From Verrucomicrobiaceae bacterium (GTDB lineage: Bacteria > Verrucomicrobiota > Verrucomicrobiia > Verrucomicrobiales > Akkermansiaceae): DNA of 64,000 nucleotides. The position numbers and the translations under genes were made by a program. Positions 1-9,856 of this stretch are shown here, piece by piece. Position 1 is the first letter of the stretch. Every line of letters begins with the position of its first letter. The DNA lies in contig JBPOGH010000001.1 in the NCBI GenBank assembly GCA_051252135.1, positions 416,001-480,000 of the forward strand, written 5' to 3'. Under the pieces are notes generated by a model. The model was not told the origin of the DNA and did no database searches. It saw only the letters and a list, made by a program, of their open reading frames with translations.

Positions 1-317
1 AGACGTTCGGCAATCTCCTTGGAAAAGGCGACGTAGCAATCCCCGCAGCCGACCCGACCGATCTTGACGTAGTCATCAAGCGTGAAGCCGCACGTCGGGC
101 AATCCCCGGTGGGTTCCACCGGAAATATTCCCCCCTCGTTGGAATCCGGGGCTTTTTTAGGGAATCCCATCAGATGATCAGCCATTAATAGACCTTCAGG
201 ATCTGTAATCCCCTGCTGCTGCGCACAGCTTTCGCAGAGCGCAGTTTTCTTCATCTTTCCATTGGTAACCTGTGTGTAAAACACGGTCGCCTTGTTCTCG
301 CAAAGGTCGCACTTCAT
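1..317 (-). CDS. mcsA: McsA-like protein-arginine kinase activator (partial; runs off the left edge; alternative ATG at 323)
   Basis: Not in ORF track. Manual translation MKCDLCENKATVFYTQVTNGKMKKTALCESCAQQQG...CPTCGFTLDDYVKIGRVGCGDCY shows the four CxxC motifs typical of McsA. Confidence 0.85.
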   Translation of the reverse strand, partial: MKCDLCENKATVFYTQVTNGKMKKTALCESCAQQQGITDPEGLLMADHLMGFPKKAPDSNEGGIFPVEPTGDCPTCGFTLDDYVKIGRVGCGDCYVAFSKEIAER

Positions 318-376
318 CGACATGGCAAGACTAGACCTTACCCCACCGATTGCGAACGAAATCTCACGCCAAAAAT

Positions 377-829
377 CTAAAGATTGATGATTCCCGCCCT
401 GCGAACCCCGCATTGGGCCAGGCAGTTAAATAGATCCACGACCCTCTGATAATCCACCTGATCATCCAGACTTAAGATAACCGGAGCACTCTCCCCGCGT
501 CCTGCCTTCAACATCTCCAATCGCTCAATCAAAATCGGGAGCTCTTTCCCTCCCCCGGCTTCCCCCACCACCTCCGGAAAATGATTGGGATTCAACGTAA
601 TTCGCCCGTTGGCATCCAATCGAATAATTAACGGCGCCGAAGGAGATTCACTCACCAACCCCGGACCGGACATTCCGAAATCAAGGTCCATCTCCTGCAT
701 CACAATCGTCGTGGTCACCAAAAAGTAAATCAGCAGCAAAAAACAAACATCGATCAAGGAGGAGACATCCAATTCGGGATCATCAGGCTCCAAATCACCG
801 GGCACTTTTCCTTGAAATCGTTTCCTCAC
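377..829 (-). CDS. exbD: ExbD/TolR family biopolymer transport protein
   Basis: [21 protein letters not shown] transmembrane motif and C-terminal [11 protein letters not shown] segment. Confidence 0.85.
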   Translation of the reverse strand: MRKRFQGKVPGDLEPDDPELDVSSLIDVCFLLLIYFLVTTTIVMQEMDLDFGMSGPGLVSESPSAPLIIRLDANGRITLNPNHFPEVVGEAGGGKELPILIERLEMLKAGRGESAPVILSLDDQVDYQRVVDLFNCLAQCGVRRAGIINL

Positions 830-907
830 AAATGGGAAACGTTTTCACCTCGAAAGTTCTTGGATCATTTCTTGCCCACCCCAGCCATATCCCTACCCTC
901 TCCCTGC

Positions 908-1696
908 ATGAAAAGCGCAGCCTATTTGAAGGAGTTATTTGGCCTCGAGGGAAAAACCGCCGTCGTAATTGGAGGCACGGGAGAACTTTGCGGGCACATG
1001 GCCCTGGGCTTGGCAAAGGCCGGAGCAGAAGTCGTCCTCGTCGGTCGCAATGAAGACAAGGCCAATGCCAGATTGGCCGAGATCGAGGCTGCTGGCGGCA
1101 CCGGGTATTTCGCCGAAGCAGATGCCGGAGATCGCACCTCACTTAACGAATTGCTCAACTCCGTTGTCGAACAGTCCGGACAAGTCGACATCCTCGTCAA
1201 TGGCGCGGGAATCAACTCCCCAAGCCCTCTCGTCGAAATCACCGACGAAGAAGCTCATCGTATTCTCGATATCAACCTGATCGGTGTCCTTCGCGCCTGT
1301 CAGGTTTTCGGAAATTACTTCCTCAGCCGTGATGTCCAGGCGTCCATTATCAATTTGGGTTCCATTTCAGGACTCAACCCGCTTTCACGCGTCTTCACTT
1401 ACTCGGCCTCCAAGGCCGCCCTCCATAACCTGACGCGCAACATCGCCCGCGAATGGGCGGATCGTGACATTCGTGTGAACACTCTGGTTCCAGGTTTCTT
1501 CCCCGCTGAACAAAACCGCAAGGTGCTGGACGAATCCCGTATTGCCGACATCCTCCGCCACACTCCGGCCTCCCGCTTTGGAAGCCCCGAGGAACTGGTT
1601 GGAGCGACCCTTCTTCTGGCGTCCAATCGGGCCGGTGGTTTTATTACGGGTACCGAAATTGTTGTCGACGGTGGATTTAACTCTATGACGATTTAA
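908..1696 (+). CDS. SDR family oxidoreductase (gluconate 5-dehydrogenase/mannonate oxidoreductase-like)
   Basis: GGTGELC Rossmann motif, NGAG, YSASK catalytic motif, VDGG C-terminus. ATG 908 preferred over 812, which overlaps exbD. Confidence 0.85.
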   Translation: MKSAAYLKELFGLEGKTAVVIGGTGELCGHMALGLAKAGAEVVLVGRNEDKANARLAEIEAAGGTGYFAEADAGDRTSLNELLNSVVEQSGQVDILVNGAGINSPSPLVEITDEEAHRILDINLIGVLRACQVFGNYFLSRDVQASIINLGSISGLNPLSRVFTYSASKAALHNLTRNIAREWADRDIRVNTLVPGFFPAEQNRKVLDESRIADILRHTPASRFGSPEELVGATLLLASNRAGGFITGTEIVVDGGFNSMTI

Positions 1697-1728
1697 CGAT
1701 AACCTCCTCTTCTACCCCCAATCAATGA

Positions 1729-1756
1729 AGCCCGCGGCCAATCCGCGGGTTTTTTT
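1729..1756 (+). terminator. Intrinsic terminator after the SDR gene
   Basis: AGCCCGCGG-ccaat-CCGCGGGTT followed by a T tract. Confidence 0.85.
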
Positions 1757-1840
1757 GTCGAAAAAAGCAGAACGAAGTGGATTTCAGCCCGAGTTGCTGT
1801 TAAGGGTAGATGTTCGGAAAAAAAATTTCCCAATACTCTT

Positions 1841-2431
1841 ATGCAGACAGCAAATGCGAACCCAAAAGTAGTCGTGACCGTGCGTCACGAAGAAATCACC
1901 GATTCACTCCGTGATTATGCCGAGAAAAAAATCCACGGCCTTCACTTGGACTACCCGAAGATAATCGAGGCCAAAGCGATCCTCGATGTCGAAGGCGGCC
2001 GCAGGCACAAAGCCGAAATCATCCTATTCTGCGCCAATCACATCGTGATCGACGCCTCCAGTGAAACCGAGGACATGTACAAGAGCCTCGATGAAACCAT
2101 CGACAAGATTGCTCGACGTATGCGGAAACACAAAACCCGCCTCCTCAAGAGACATCGCCCCAAGCCTGATGAAACGATCAAGTATTTCGACGAACGCTCC
2201 TACAAGAGCGACTTCCTCGACAACCTCCCCGAAGAGGTCATTGAAGAACCGGAGCCATTTTACGTTCATAAGGAACAATTCCGACTCCGCAAACTCTACA
2301 AGGAGGAAGCCATCATGGAACTCGACCTTACCGAAAGACCCTTCGTGGTATTTGAGAATGCTCGCCGTGGAGTAACCTCAATCGTCTGGCGCAAGCAGGA
2401 TGGGGATTATGGGATGGTCGACGTCTCCTGA
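1841..2431 (+). CDS. hpf: Long-form ribosome hibernation promoting factor (HPF/RaiA)
   Basis: RHEEITDSLRDYAEKKI, DMYKSLDETIDKIARRMRKHK, and C-terminal EEAIMELDL...FVVFEN...IVWRKQDGDYG domain. Confidence 0.9.
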   Translation: MQTANANPKVVVTVRHEEITDSLRDYAEKKIHGLHLDYPKIIEAKAILDVEGGRRHKAEIILFCANHIVIDASSETEDMYKSLDETIDKIARRMRKHKTRLLKRHRPKPDETIKYFDERSYKSDFLDNLPEEVIEEPEPFYVHKEQFRLRKLYKEEAIMELDLTERPFVVFENARRGVTSIVWRKQDGDYGMVDVS

Positions 2432-2449
2432 CTTCCTTAAAGTTTCGCC

Positions 2450-3223
2450 ATGGCGTTCTCCCATTCGGTTTGTCGTTGGTGCTTTGGTGAAACTCCCCTC
2501 CTTCAACTCGCCGATTGGTGTGTGGAGCTGGGGATAGCGGGGATTGATCTCCTCACTCCAAAAGAGGCCATGTCCATCAAAGGACATGGTCTTATTTGTC
2601 CTGTCTCAACGTTTCCCGAAAACTCCAATGGAATTGGAACGATCGAAAAGGCCTTTAATAAGCCCTCCCATCACAAACCGCTCCTGTCTCTCTACGAGGA
2701 ACTAATTCCCTCCGCTGCAGAAGCCGGCATCCCGCATGTCATCGTGTTCTCTGGAAACCGGGACGGAACATCCGACACTGATGGTCTGAATATTTGCGCC
2801 GAAGGCCTCTCACCCATCTTGGATCTGGCTGAGAAGCATGACATTAAGATCACCATGGAGTTGCTCAATTCTAGGGTTGATCACCCTGACTACCAGTGTG
2901 ACCACACCGAATGGGGCGTGGACCTTTGCCGACTTCTGGACTCCCCCCGCTTTGGACTACTCTATGACATTTATCATATGCAAGTCATGGAGGGCGACAT
3001 AATGGCTTCGATCAGGAAAAACTCCCAATTCATCAACCATTACCACACCGGGGGGTGCCCGGGGCGTAATGAACTCGATGAAACCCAGGAGCTTTATTAC
3101 CCCGCAATCATGGAGACCATCCGCTTAACGGGATTCAGCGGCTATGTCGCACAAGAATTCGTCCCCACCTGGGACGACCATAAGGCCGCCCTGGCGGATG
3201 CTGTAAAACGTTGCTCGATCTAG
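2450..3223 (+). CDS. Hydroxypyruvate isomerase family (xylose isomerase-like TIM barrel)
   Basis: MELLNSRVDHPDYQCD, LLYDIYHMQVMEGD, HYHTGGCPGRNE, YVAQEF motifs. Confidence 0.85.
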   Translation: MAFSHSVCRWCFGETPLLQLADWCVELGIAGIDLLTPKEAMSIKGHGLICPVSTFPENSNGIGTIEKAFNKPSHHKPLLSLYEELIPSAAEAGIPHVIVFSGNRDGTSDTDGLNICAEGLSPILDLAEKHDIKITMELLNSRVDHPDYQCDHTEWGVDLCRLLDSPRFGLLYDIYHMQVMEGDIMASIRKNSQFINHYHTGGCPGRNELDETQELYYPAIMETIRLTGFSGYVAQEFVPTWDDHKAALADAVKRCSI

Positions 3224-3843
3224 TCGTTACCACCGTGCCGCTGTTCTTCCTCAAGGAAGACTCGAGCAGCCTGGAAGCTACCCCGGGCAAACGCCCGAAG
3301 ACCGGCATCATCAAGCAATGCTAGACCTTCCTCGGTGACCTCGGAAAGATAGATCTTCCAGGCCTTCTTCTTGAGATGATCTTCGTCAACCGGTTGCTTG
3401 GGCTTTGAAGGCTCATTACCGCCTGTCCGACGAGACCGATTTCGTCCCCGCCCCCGTCCCCGTCCTTCTGACGATGCAGAATCAGACTCAGATTGTTCGG
3501 AACGACCGTCCGACCTTCTGTTATCTTCTCCATTGCCTTCAATTTTTTCTTCAGCTGGGTCAGAGGCGGCTCCTTGCTCGGGCTCGTCTGTTGGTGACTC
3601 GGACCGGGCATCCCGCACCTTCGATTTGGGTTCCCTGGTTTTCCTTCTATTATCACGCCGCTCGCCTTGATCTTGAGTTTCCTCATTACCGGTCTTCACC
3701 TCGGCTTTCGGTTCGTCAGGGACCAGAGGAAGACTCTGCTCCTCCGCTGGCGAGACTTCAGTTTGGACAGAGGCCTTTTTGGCCGACTTTTTGCGTGCGG
3801 ATTTACGCGCAGCTTTCTTCTTGGTTGGTTGATCTTCAGACAT
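3220..3843 (-). CDS. Hypothetical low-complexity charged protein with a short helical C-terminal domain
   Basis: 207-aa ORF filling the gap. Basic N-terminus, disordered middle, C-terminal AWKIYLSEVTEEGLALLDD. Confidence 0.7.
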   Translation of the reverse strand: MSEDQPTKKKAARKSARKKSAKKASVQTEVSPAEEQSLPLVPDEPKAEVKTGNEETQDQGERRDNRRKTREPKSKVRDARSESPTDEPEQGAASDPAEEKIEGNGEDNRRSDGRSEQSESDSASSEGRGRGRGRNRSRRTGGNEPSKPKQPVDEDHLKKKAWKIYLSEVTEEGLALLDDAGLRAFARGSFQAARVFLEEEQRHGGND

Positions 3844-3850
3844 GGGTCAG

Positions 3851-3884
3851 AAAAGGGGCGGGAGTATCGCTCCCGCCCCAAAAA
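3851..3884 (-). terminator. Intrinsic terminator of the pil/gsp operon
   Basis: Perfect 10-bp stem GGGGCGGGAG/CTCCCGCCCC followed by TTTT on the minus strand. Confidence 0.8.
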
Positions 3885-3904
3885 GGGTTAAATAGGTAGT
3901 TTTT

Positions 3905-4456
3905 TTAGTTCCAGATATCGTCAACAGTCTCCTCGTTATCAAGATTACTGTCGACATTTAGATCAGAAGGGAGGCCATCCGGACCGATTGACCAAATATC
4001 AAAATCAGCGTTTCGGGCCATTGGGTCTTCGTTGCCTTCGATATCGACAGCTGAGCGATATCGGAAAGATTCCCCAAATCCATCGATGATGATTCTCTGA
4101 CCGTTATACTTTCCAATGAGATTGGATTTCTCTTTCAAAAGCTCCGGCCAGTAAATCTCGCCCTCCGGCTCACCTTCGAGCCTTCCGGTAAAGTCCCCCG
4201 AAAGGGCCTGATAGACCGGCATGCTCAGGACGTTCTCGCCCACCGGGTAAATCCCGTTGTTATCAGCCGCATAACTTTCGAGATGCATCGCTATATTCTG
4301 GCGATTCGTCCGGGTGAATTTCTCATCCTGGGACTTCTTGATCTTATTGACCGCGCCAATCACCAAAGTAGCAAGGATCACAATGATCACTACTACGGTA
4401 AGCAGCTCGACCAATGAGAAGCCCCTGCTGGGTCTGGTTTGAGGAAATTTTTTCAT
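3905..4456 (-). CDS. Prepilin-type (GspG-like) pseudopilin
   Basis: G|FSLVELLTVVVIIVIL class III signal, LESYAADNNGIYP, DGFGESFRY, FDIWSIGPDG, DDIWN. ATG 4456 preferred. Confidence 0.85.
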   Translation of the reverse strand: MKKFPQTRPSRGFSLVELLTVVVIIVILATLVIGAVNKIKKSQDEKFTRTNRQNIAMHLESYAADNNGIYPVGENVLSMPVYQALSGDFTGRLEGEPEGEIYWPELLKEKSNLIGKYNGQRIIIDGFGESFRYRSAVDIEGNEDPMARNADFDIWSIGPDGLPSDLNVDSNLDNEETVDDIWN

Positions 4457-4500
4457 CTGGGTAGTCCTTTCGTTATGAAAGATTAGCACAATTTCAGTGT

Positions 4501-5784
4501 TTACGCACCACCACTCTGCATCTGCTGAATCACTTTGATCAGCGGGAGGAAGAGCGCAAAAACAATTGCACCAACCACGAGGGCCAGAATCACAATCATT
4601 ACCGGTTCGAGAATCGATGTCAGAGCAGTCACAGCTCCATCCACTTCATCGTCATAAACATCAGCAATCTTCAAGAGCATCTCAGGGAGCTGACCGGTTT
4701 CCTCGCCCACATCCACCATGGACACCACGAGGTTGGGGAAGATTCCAGTCGATGTGAGAGGGGTCACAATGGATTCTCCCTCCTTTACCGCCTCATGAAC
4801 CTTATCGATGGCATTGGAAACAATCATGTTACCAGCGGTATCACGGGTGATATTGAGGGCTTGAAGGATCGGAACACCTGAAGTCACCAGAGTTCCCAGC
4901 GTCCGGGTAAAGCGGGCGATCGCGCTCTTCTGCTGAATATCACCGAAAATCGGGAGCTTCAATTTAAGATTATCCACAAAGAGACGTCCCTTCTTGGTAC
5001 GAGCCCAAGCAGTAGCGCCCAACCAAATCATCACCGCGCCACCCATAATCCAAACAGAGTTTGGTAGGATTAACGGTCTTGCCAGCATCCAGTCCGAGAA
5101 CCCGAAAACCACCCGGGAGATCAACGGAAGCTGCGAACCTCCCATGTCTGCAAACATGTCGCGGAACTTGGGGACAATGAAAAGCATCAGGAAGGTCAGA
5201 ATGGCTACCGCGATGAACATCACAATGACGGGATACACCATCGCAGACACGATCTTACCCTTCAGTTTATGGGCTTTCTCCTGATACTCAGCGAGACGCT
5301 TAAGAACCACCTCAAGCACACCACCAAGCTCACCGGCCTTCACCATGTTCACGAAGAGCTTGTTGAAAATCTTGGGGTGCTGTCCCAAGGATTCGGAGAA
5401 TGTGGAACCGCCCTGCACTGAATCGGCAAGCTTGTTAATCGTGGCCTTGAGCACGGGGTTTGGCTCTTGCTTACCAAGAACCGTAAGCCCCCTCAAAAGT
5501 GGAAGTCCGGAATCGATTAGGGTGGCCAACTGACGGGTAAAAATCATCAGGATTTTCGGCTTCACCTTGCCTCCGGTTTTCCCCTTTTTAACCTTTTTCT
5601 TGCCCTTGGCTCCTTTTTTGCCGGCTACCGCACTCAGCGAGCCCTTTCCCTCTTCAACAACCTGGGTTGGATAAAGGCCTTGCCCGCGGAGTGTTTGAAT
5701 CGCTTCGGCGTCGGATGCGGCTTGCACCACTCCGGTTGTCTGCTCGCCCCGAGCGTCCAGCGCAATATATTGGAAGTTTGCCAT
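4501..5784 (-). CDS. pilC: Type IV pilus/T2SS inner-membrane platform protein PilC/GspF
   Basis: FTRQLATLIDSGLPLL, AGELGGVLE, VGEETGQLPEML, LEPVMI motifs. Confidence 0.92.
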   Translation of the reverse strand: MANFQYIALDARGEQTTGVVQAASDAEAIQTLRGQGLYPTQVVEEGKGSLSAVAGKKGAKGKKKVKKGKTGGKVKPKILMIFTRQLATLIDSGLPLLRGLTVLGKQEPNPVLKATINKLADSVQGGSTFSESLGQHPKIFNKLFVNMVKAGELGGVLEVVLKRLAEYQEKAHKLKGKIVSAMVYPVIVMFIAVAILTFLMLFIVPKFRDMFADMGGSQLPLISRVVFGFSDWMLARPLILPNSVWIMGGAVMIWLGATAWARTKKGRLFVDNLKLKLPIFGDIQQKSAIARFTRTLGTLVTSGVPILQALNITRDTAGNMIVSNAIDKVHEAVKEGESIVTPLTSTGIFPNLVVSMVDVGEETGQLPEMLLKIADVYDDEVDGAVTALTSILEPVMIVILALVVGAIVFALFLPLIKVIQQMQSGGA

Positions 5785-5884
5785 TAGAAATTAAGTGTGT
5801 TCGTTAGTTCTATTGAAGTTCGTACAGGGTTGGGAAGGTCGAAATCGAGAATTCTCTCCAGCGACCCCCTCGCCCCCATTGAGA

Positions 5885-7558
5885 TTAAGTATACTTGAGG
5901 ACCTCCTCGATCGTGGTTTTTCCTTCGTAGATACCGCGCAGACCGTCCTCTCTGAGGGTGGTCATTCCAAGTTCGATGGCCTTCTGCTTGAGCACCACAC
6001 TGGGCGCCCGTTCGATAATCAGCTCCCGAATCGGGTCGGTAACATCAAGCAGCTCAAAGAGACCTGCTCGACCTTTGTAGCCGGAGTTTCCACATTTCTT
6101 ACAGCCGCTTCCGGTGTAGAAGGACTTGTCTCCCAATTCGTGGGGGGACACCCCTAACTGGGCCAAAATCGCCTCACTGGGCTCATAGGGAGACTTACAC
6201 TCCTTACAAATCGTCCGAAGAAGTCGCTGCGCAAGAATCCCTTCCAGCGAGGCCGCCACCAGGAAAGGCTCGGAACCCATATCCACCAATCGCGTCACAG
6301 CGCCGGCAGCATCGTTGGTGTGAAGCGTTGAAAGCACCAGGTGACCGGTGAGTGATGCCTGAATTGCGATCTGCGATGTTTCAAAATCACGCATCTCCCC
6401 TACCAGAATCTTATCGGGATCCTGTCGAAGGAAGGCCCTGAGGACTCTTCCAAAGCTCAGCCCAATCGCTTCATTGGTCGGAATCTGAATGATCCCGTCC
6501 ACGTCATATTCCACCGGGTCTTCGGCGGTCAAAATCTTGGTGTCAATCCGGTTAATCTCACGCAAAGCAGCGTAAAGAGTGGTCGTCTTACCCGCACCAG
6601 TTGGTCCTGTCACAATAAAAATCCCATTGGGCTTATTCATCGTATCGACGACGTATTCGTGCACATGGGCAGGGAGACCAAGGGCCGGCAAATCAAGATT
6701 CACCGAGTTTCGATCGAGAACACGGAGAACCACGCTCTCTCCATATTGCGTCGGTAGCGAAGAGACACGCATATCGACATGCTGCTCTCCAATTTGCTTC
6801 ACGATCCGGCCGTCCTGAGGGACGCGGCGTTCCGCAATATTCATATTCGACATCACCTTAACCCGGGAAATAATGGGTAAAGCCAGATGCACCGGAGGGG
6901 GTGACATCTCGTAAAGTGATCCGTCAACGCGGTAGCGAATCTTAAATTCGCTTTCAAAAGGCTCAAAGTGGATATCGGAAGCTTTTTCCTTAATCGCCTG
7001 GAAAAGCACCAAATCAACATAACGCATAATTGGAGCCGAATTGGCCTCCTCTTCCAGAGCCCCTTCTCCTCCGTCGAAATTCAATCCCCCGTCAAGTTGA
7101 CTCAGGATGTCGTCCATCGCTTTCTCTTCTCCGCCATAGAGCTCATTGATTTTCTGCTCCACGATGTAATCGGGAGCGACAACGAGCTTAACCTCCTGGC
7201 CGATCGCAAAACGAAGATCTTCAAGAATTTGCGGATTCAGCGGATCTGTCAGGCAGACCGAAATCCCATTTTCATCATAAGTAACAGGAAGTGCTCCGTG
7301 CAAGCGTGCCATGCCTGCTGGAATAAGACTGAGAAGCGCTTCTGGAGGCTCAAAACCCTCCAAATCGACCAAATCCGTGCCCAATTCCTGGGCAATGACC
7401 GGCCAAATGTCGTCACGCTGGGAGATCACCTGGTAGTCGGCCAAAATTTCGCCAACTTCTTTTCCGCTACTACCGATTTCGGCCAGTACGTCTTGCGCCA
7501 AAGCTCCATCTACCATCCCGCGGCTGGTAAAAATATCGAGGACTTGTTGATTATCCAT
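5885..7558 (-). CDS. pilB: PilB/GspE family assembly ATPase (copy 2)
   Basis: ASDIHFEP, PQDGRI, Walker A GPTGAGKTT, LRQDPDKILVGEMRD, TGHLVLSTLHTND, CxxC...CxxC. Confidence 0.9.
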   Translation of the reverse strand: MDNQQVLDIFTSRGMVDGALAQDVLAEIGSSGKEVGEILADYQVISQRDDIWPVIAQELGTDLVDLEGFEPPEALLSLIPAGMARLHGALPVTYDENGISVCLTDPLNPQILEDLRFAIGQEVKLVVAPDYIVEQKINELYGGEEKAMDDILSQLDGGLNFDGGEGALEEEANSAPIMRYVDLVLFQAIKEKASDIHFEPFESEFKIRYRVDGSLYEMSPPPVHLALPIISRVKVMSNMNIAERRVPQDGRIVKQIGEQHVDMRVSSLPTQYGESVVLRVLDRNSVNLDLPALGLPAHVHEYVVDTMNKPNGIFIVTGPTGAGKTTTLYAALREINRIDTKILTAEDPVEYDVDGIIQIPTNEAIGLSFGRVLRAFLRQDPDKILVGEMRDFETSQIAIQASLTGHLVLSTLHTNDAAGAVTRLVDMGSEPFLVAASLEGILAQRLLRTICKECKSPYEPSEAILAQLGVSPHELGDKSFYTGSGCKKCGNSGYKGRAGLFELLDVTDPIRELIIERAPSVVLKQKAIELGMTTLREDGLRGIYEGKTTIEEVLKYT

Positions 7559-7590
7559 CTTTTTAAAAGTTTATTGTTTCGATCTTCGGC

Positions 7591-9255
7591 TTATTCGGCA
7601 TCTGACATTGTCACCCCAATGACCTCTTCAGCAGAGGTTACCCCGGCAAGAACTTTTCGAATTCCATCCTCTCGCAAGGTGCGCATGCCCAACTCTCGGG
7701 CCCGACGTCTCAATTGTGGAGTGCTGAGGTTCTGGTTGATCAAATGCCGCACTTCGTCGTCGATCACAAACATCTCGAAAATTCCCAATCGTCCGCGATA
7801 TCCACCTCCGCGGCAGTTTTCACAACCTACAGGTCCCATGATGTTGCTATCAGCCATGAGAGCCGGATCGATATTGAGCATCCGAATCTCCTTCTCGGTC
7901 AGTTCAACCGGGGCCTTACACTTGTCACAGAGTTTTCGAACAAGACGCTGCGCAATAATTGCTCGCACCGCCGAGGCCACCAGGAATCTCTTGATCCCAA
8001 TATCCGCAAGTCGGGCCACCGCACTCGGCGCATCATTGGTGTGGAGGGTCGAGAACACCAAGTGACCGGTGAGAGCGGCGTTAATGGCGATCGTCGCAGT
8101 TTCAGCGTCTCGAATCTCACCAACCATGATGATGTTGGGCGCCTGTCGAAGCATCGAACGTAGGGCCGCAGCAAAAGTCATCCCAATGTCAGTTCGGACC
8201 ATGACTTGGTTAATCCCCGCCATTTCATATTCCACCGGGTCTTCCACGGTGATGATTTTCTTGTCGGGCTTGTTGATCTGATTCAGACAGGAATAAAGAG
8301 TAGTGGTTTTTCCGGACCCCGTGGGGCCGGTCACCAAAATAATGCCATCCGGCAATGCCACCAACTCTTTGAAAGTGTCTTGGTCATCTGAGAAGAATCC
8401 CAACTGCCCCAACCCAAGATTCAGCGCCGACTTATCCAGAATACGCATGACAATACTCTCGCCGTGATTACTGGGGACCGAGGAAACACGGAGATCGACC
8501 TCTTTTCCTCCCATCTTGACCTGAATTCGACCGTCCTGGGGGAGTCGCTTCTCCGCGATACTCATGGAGCCGCTCATCACTTTGAGTCGGGCTACGATCG
8601 CGGGCAGAAGCTTCTTTGGATGATTGGCGACTTCAACAAGCTTTCCGTCCAGTCGATTCCTAATTCGCAAACTGGTCTCAAGTGGCTCAATATGAATGTC
8701 ACTCGCGCGCATCTTGAAGGCGTCCACTAAAATTCCGGATACCATTTTAATAATTGGTGCATCCTGGTCCCCTTCCGCGCCCGAGTCTCCCACAACAGTG
8801 ATCGCATTGGAATCCACCTCTCCGGCTTCCTCGCCGTAGAGCTGGGTCATTGCGTGGGTGATGCCGGTGGGAGTTGCGGCATAGAAGGTAACTTCACGAC
8901 CCACAACGTGTGGAACCGAATCCAAAGTCTCAAAATCCAAAATATCCGCAACCGCTATACTCAAATAAGACCCGTCATCTGCAACCGGAACAGCATGGAA
9001 GCGCTTGGCATCGGCCAAAGTCATGCGACTCGCTAGTGTGGCATCAATGAACGCATTGCTTAGGTCGAGCATCTCGGCCCCGGCATTCGCCGCAGAAACT
9101 TGGGCGATAACGGTCTCATTGAGGTCACCGCGATCCAACATGAGTTGAATCGTATTTTCATCTCCCATCGCTTCGCGAAATTCCTGGACGTACGCGGCAT
9201 CAAGGTGCCCGGCTTCGACCAACAGCTGTATCAAGTAATCTTCGTTAGAATACAC
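7591..9255 (-). CDS. pilB: PilB/GspE family assembly ATPase (copy 1)
   Basis: ASDIHIEP, GPTGSGKTT, LRQAPNIIMVGEIRD, TGHLVFSTLHTND, CDKC...CENC. Confidence 0.9.
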   Translation of the reverse strand: MYSNEDYLIQLLVEAGHLDAAYVQEFREAMGDENTIQLMLDRGDLNETVIAQVSAANAGAEMLDLSNAFIDATLASRMTLADAKRFHAVPVADDGSYLSIAVADILDFETLDSVPHVVGREVTFYAATPTGITHAMTQLYGEEAGEVDSNAITVVGDSGAEGDQDAPIIKMVSGILVDAFKMRASDIHIEPLETSLRIRNRLDGKLVEVANHPKKLLPAIVARLKVMSGSMSIAEKRLPQDGRIQVKMGGKEVDLRVSSVPSNHGESIVMRILDKSALNLGLGQLGFFSDDQDTFKELVALPDGIILVTGPTGSGKTTTLYSCLNQINKPDKKIITVEDPVEYEMAGINQVMVRTDIGMTFAAALRSMLRQAPNIIMVGEIRDAETATIAINAALTGHLVFSTLHTNDAPSAVARLADIGIKRFLVASAVRAIIAQRLVRKLCDKCKAPVELTEKEIRMLNIDPALMADSNIMGPVGCENCRGGGYRGRLGIFEMFVIDDEVRHLINQNLSTPQLRRRARELGMRTLREDGIRKVLAGVTSAEEVIGVTMSDAE

Positions 9256-9313
9256 GGCTTATCCTCAGTGTGCTTTACCTTAGTTTGTCAGTATGAACTC
9301 CCAAGGTTGATGA

Positions 9314-9342
9314 AGCTTGGTCAACGAGGTGAGACGTGTCAA
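9314..9342 (-). promoter_or_regulatory. Putative sigma70 promoter of the pil operon
   Basis: Minus strand TTGACA-17 nt-CAAGCT, about 60 nt upstream of the GTG at 9255. Confidence 0.5.
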
Positions 9343-9403
9343 TGCGGCGAGCCAGAAAGAGGAAAAAAACAAATCCAGATCATGCTCGACTTTGTGCCGG
9401 CCT

Positions 9404-9856
9404 TCATTTCAACCACTCAAAAAACTCCTCCAAAAGCTCCTCCTGCCGTTGGGACATTTTCCTGGAGTCCGCGGCACTCCGGTCATCAAACCCCGCCAAA
9501 TGAAGCATTCCGTGAATCCCATACAGCGCAATCTCCCTTAGGCCCGAACTCCCATAGGCCGCAGCTTGCCGTTCCGCCACTTCCACTCCTATTAGCAATT
9601 CTCCATGATCAAAGGTAATGACATCAGTCGTGGAATCATCACCTAAAAATTCAAGATGAACCCGCGACATATCGGAATCGTCAAGTAATGAGACCTCAAG
9701 ACCATCAAGATCGCAGATCGTTCCCACCCCAATCTCCCGGAGACGAATCAATACGCCACTCCATCCCCCTACCAGTCGCTCCAAAAGATCAGCGCCGAAA
9801 GAACAGGATTTCGAAAAGTTCCCAAGCTCAATCATCTCGCCGCCACTTTCTCTCAT
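9404..9856 (-). CDS. ybeY: rRNA maturation endoribonuclease YbeY
   Basis: TDVITF, GELLIGVEVAERQA, HGMLHLAGFDD metal-binding motif. Confidence 0.9.
   Translation of the reverse strand: MRESGGEMIELGNFSKSCSFGADLLERLVGGWSGVLIRLREIGVGTICDLDGLEVSLLDDSDMSRVHLEFLGDDSTTDVITFDHGELLIGVEVAERQAAAYGSSGLREIALYGIHGMLHLAGFDDRSAADSRKMSQRQEELLEEFFEWLK

Noticed and set aside
6968..8065. 365-aa plus-strand ORF across the two ATPases
   Set aside because: Antisense shadow with no coherent protein features.
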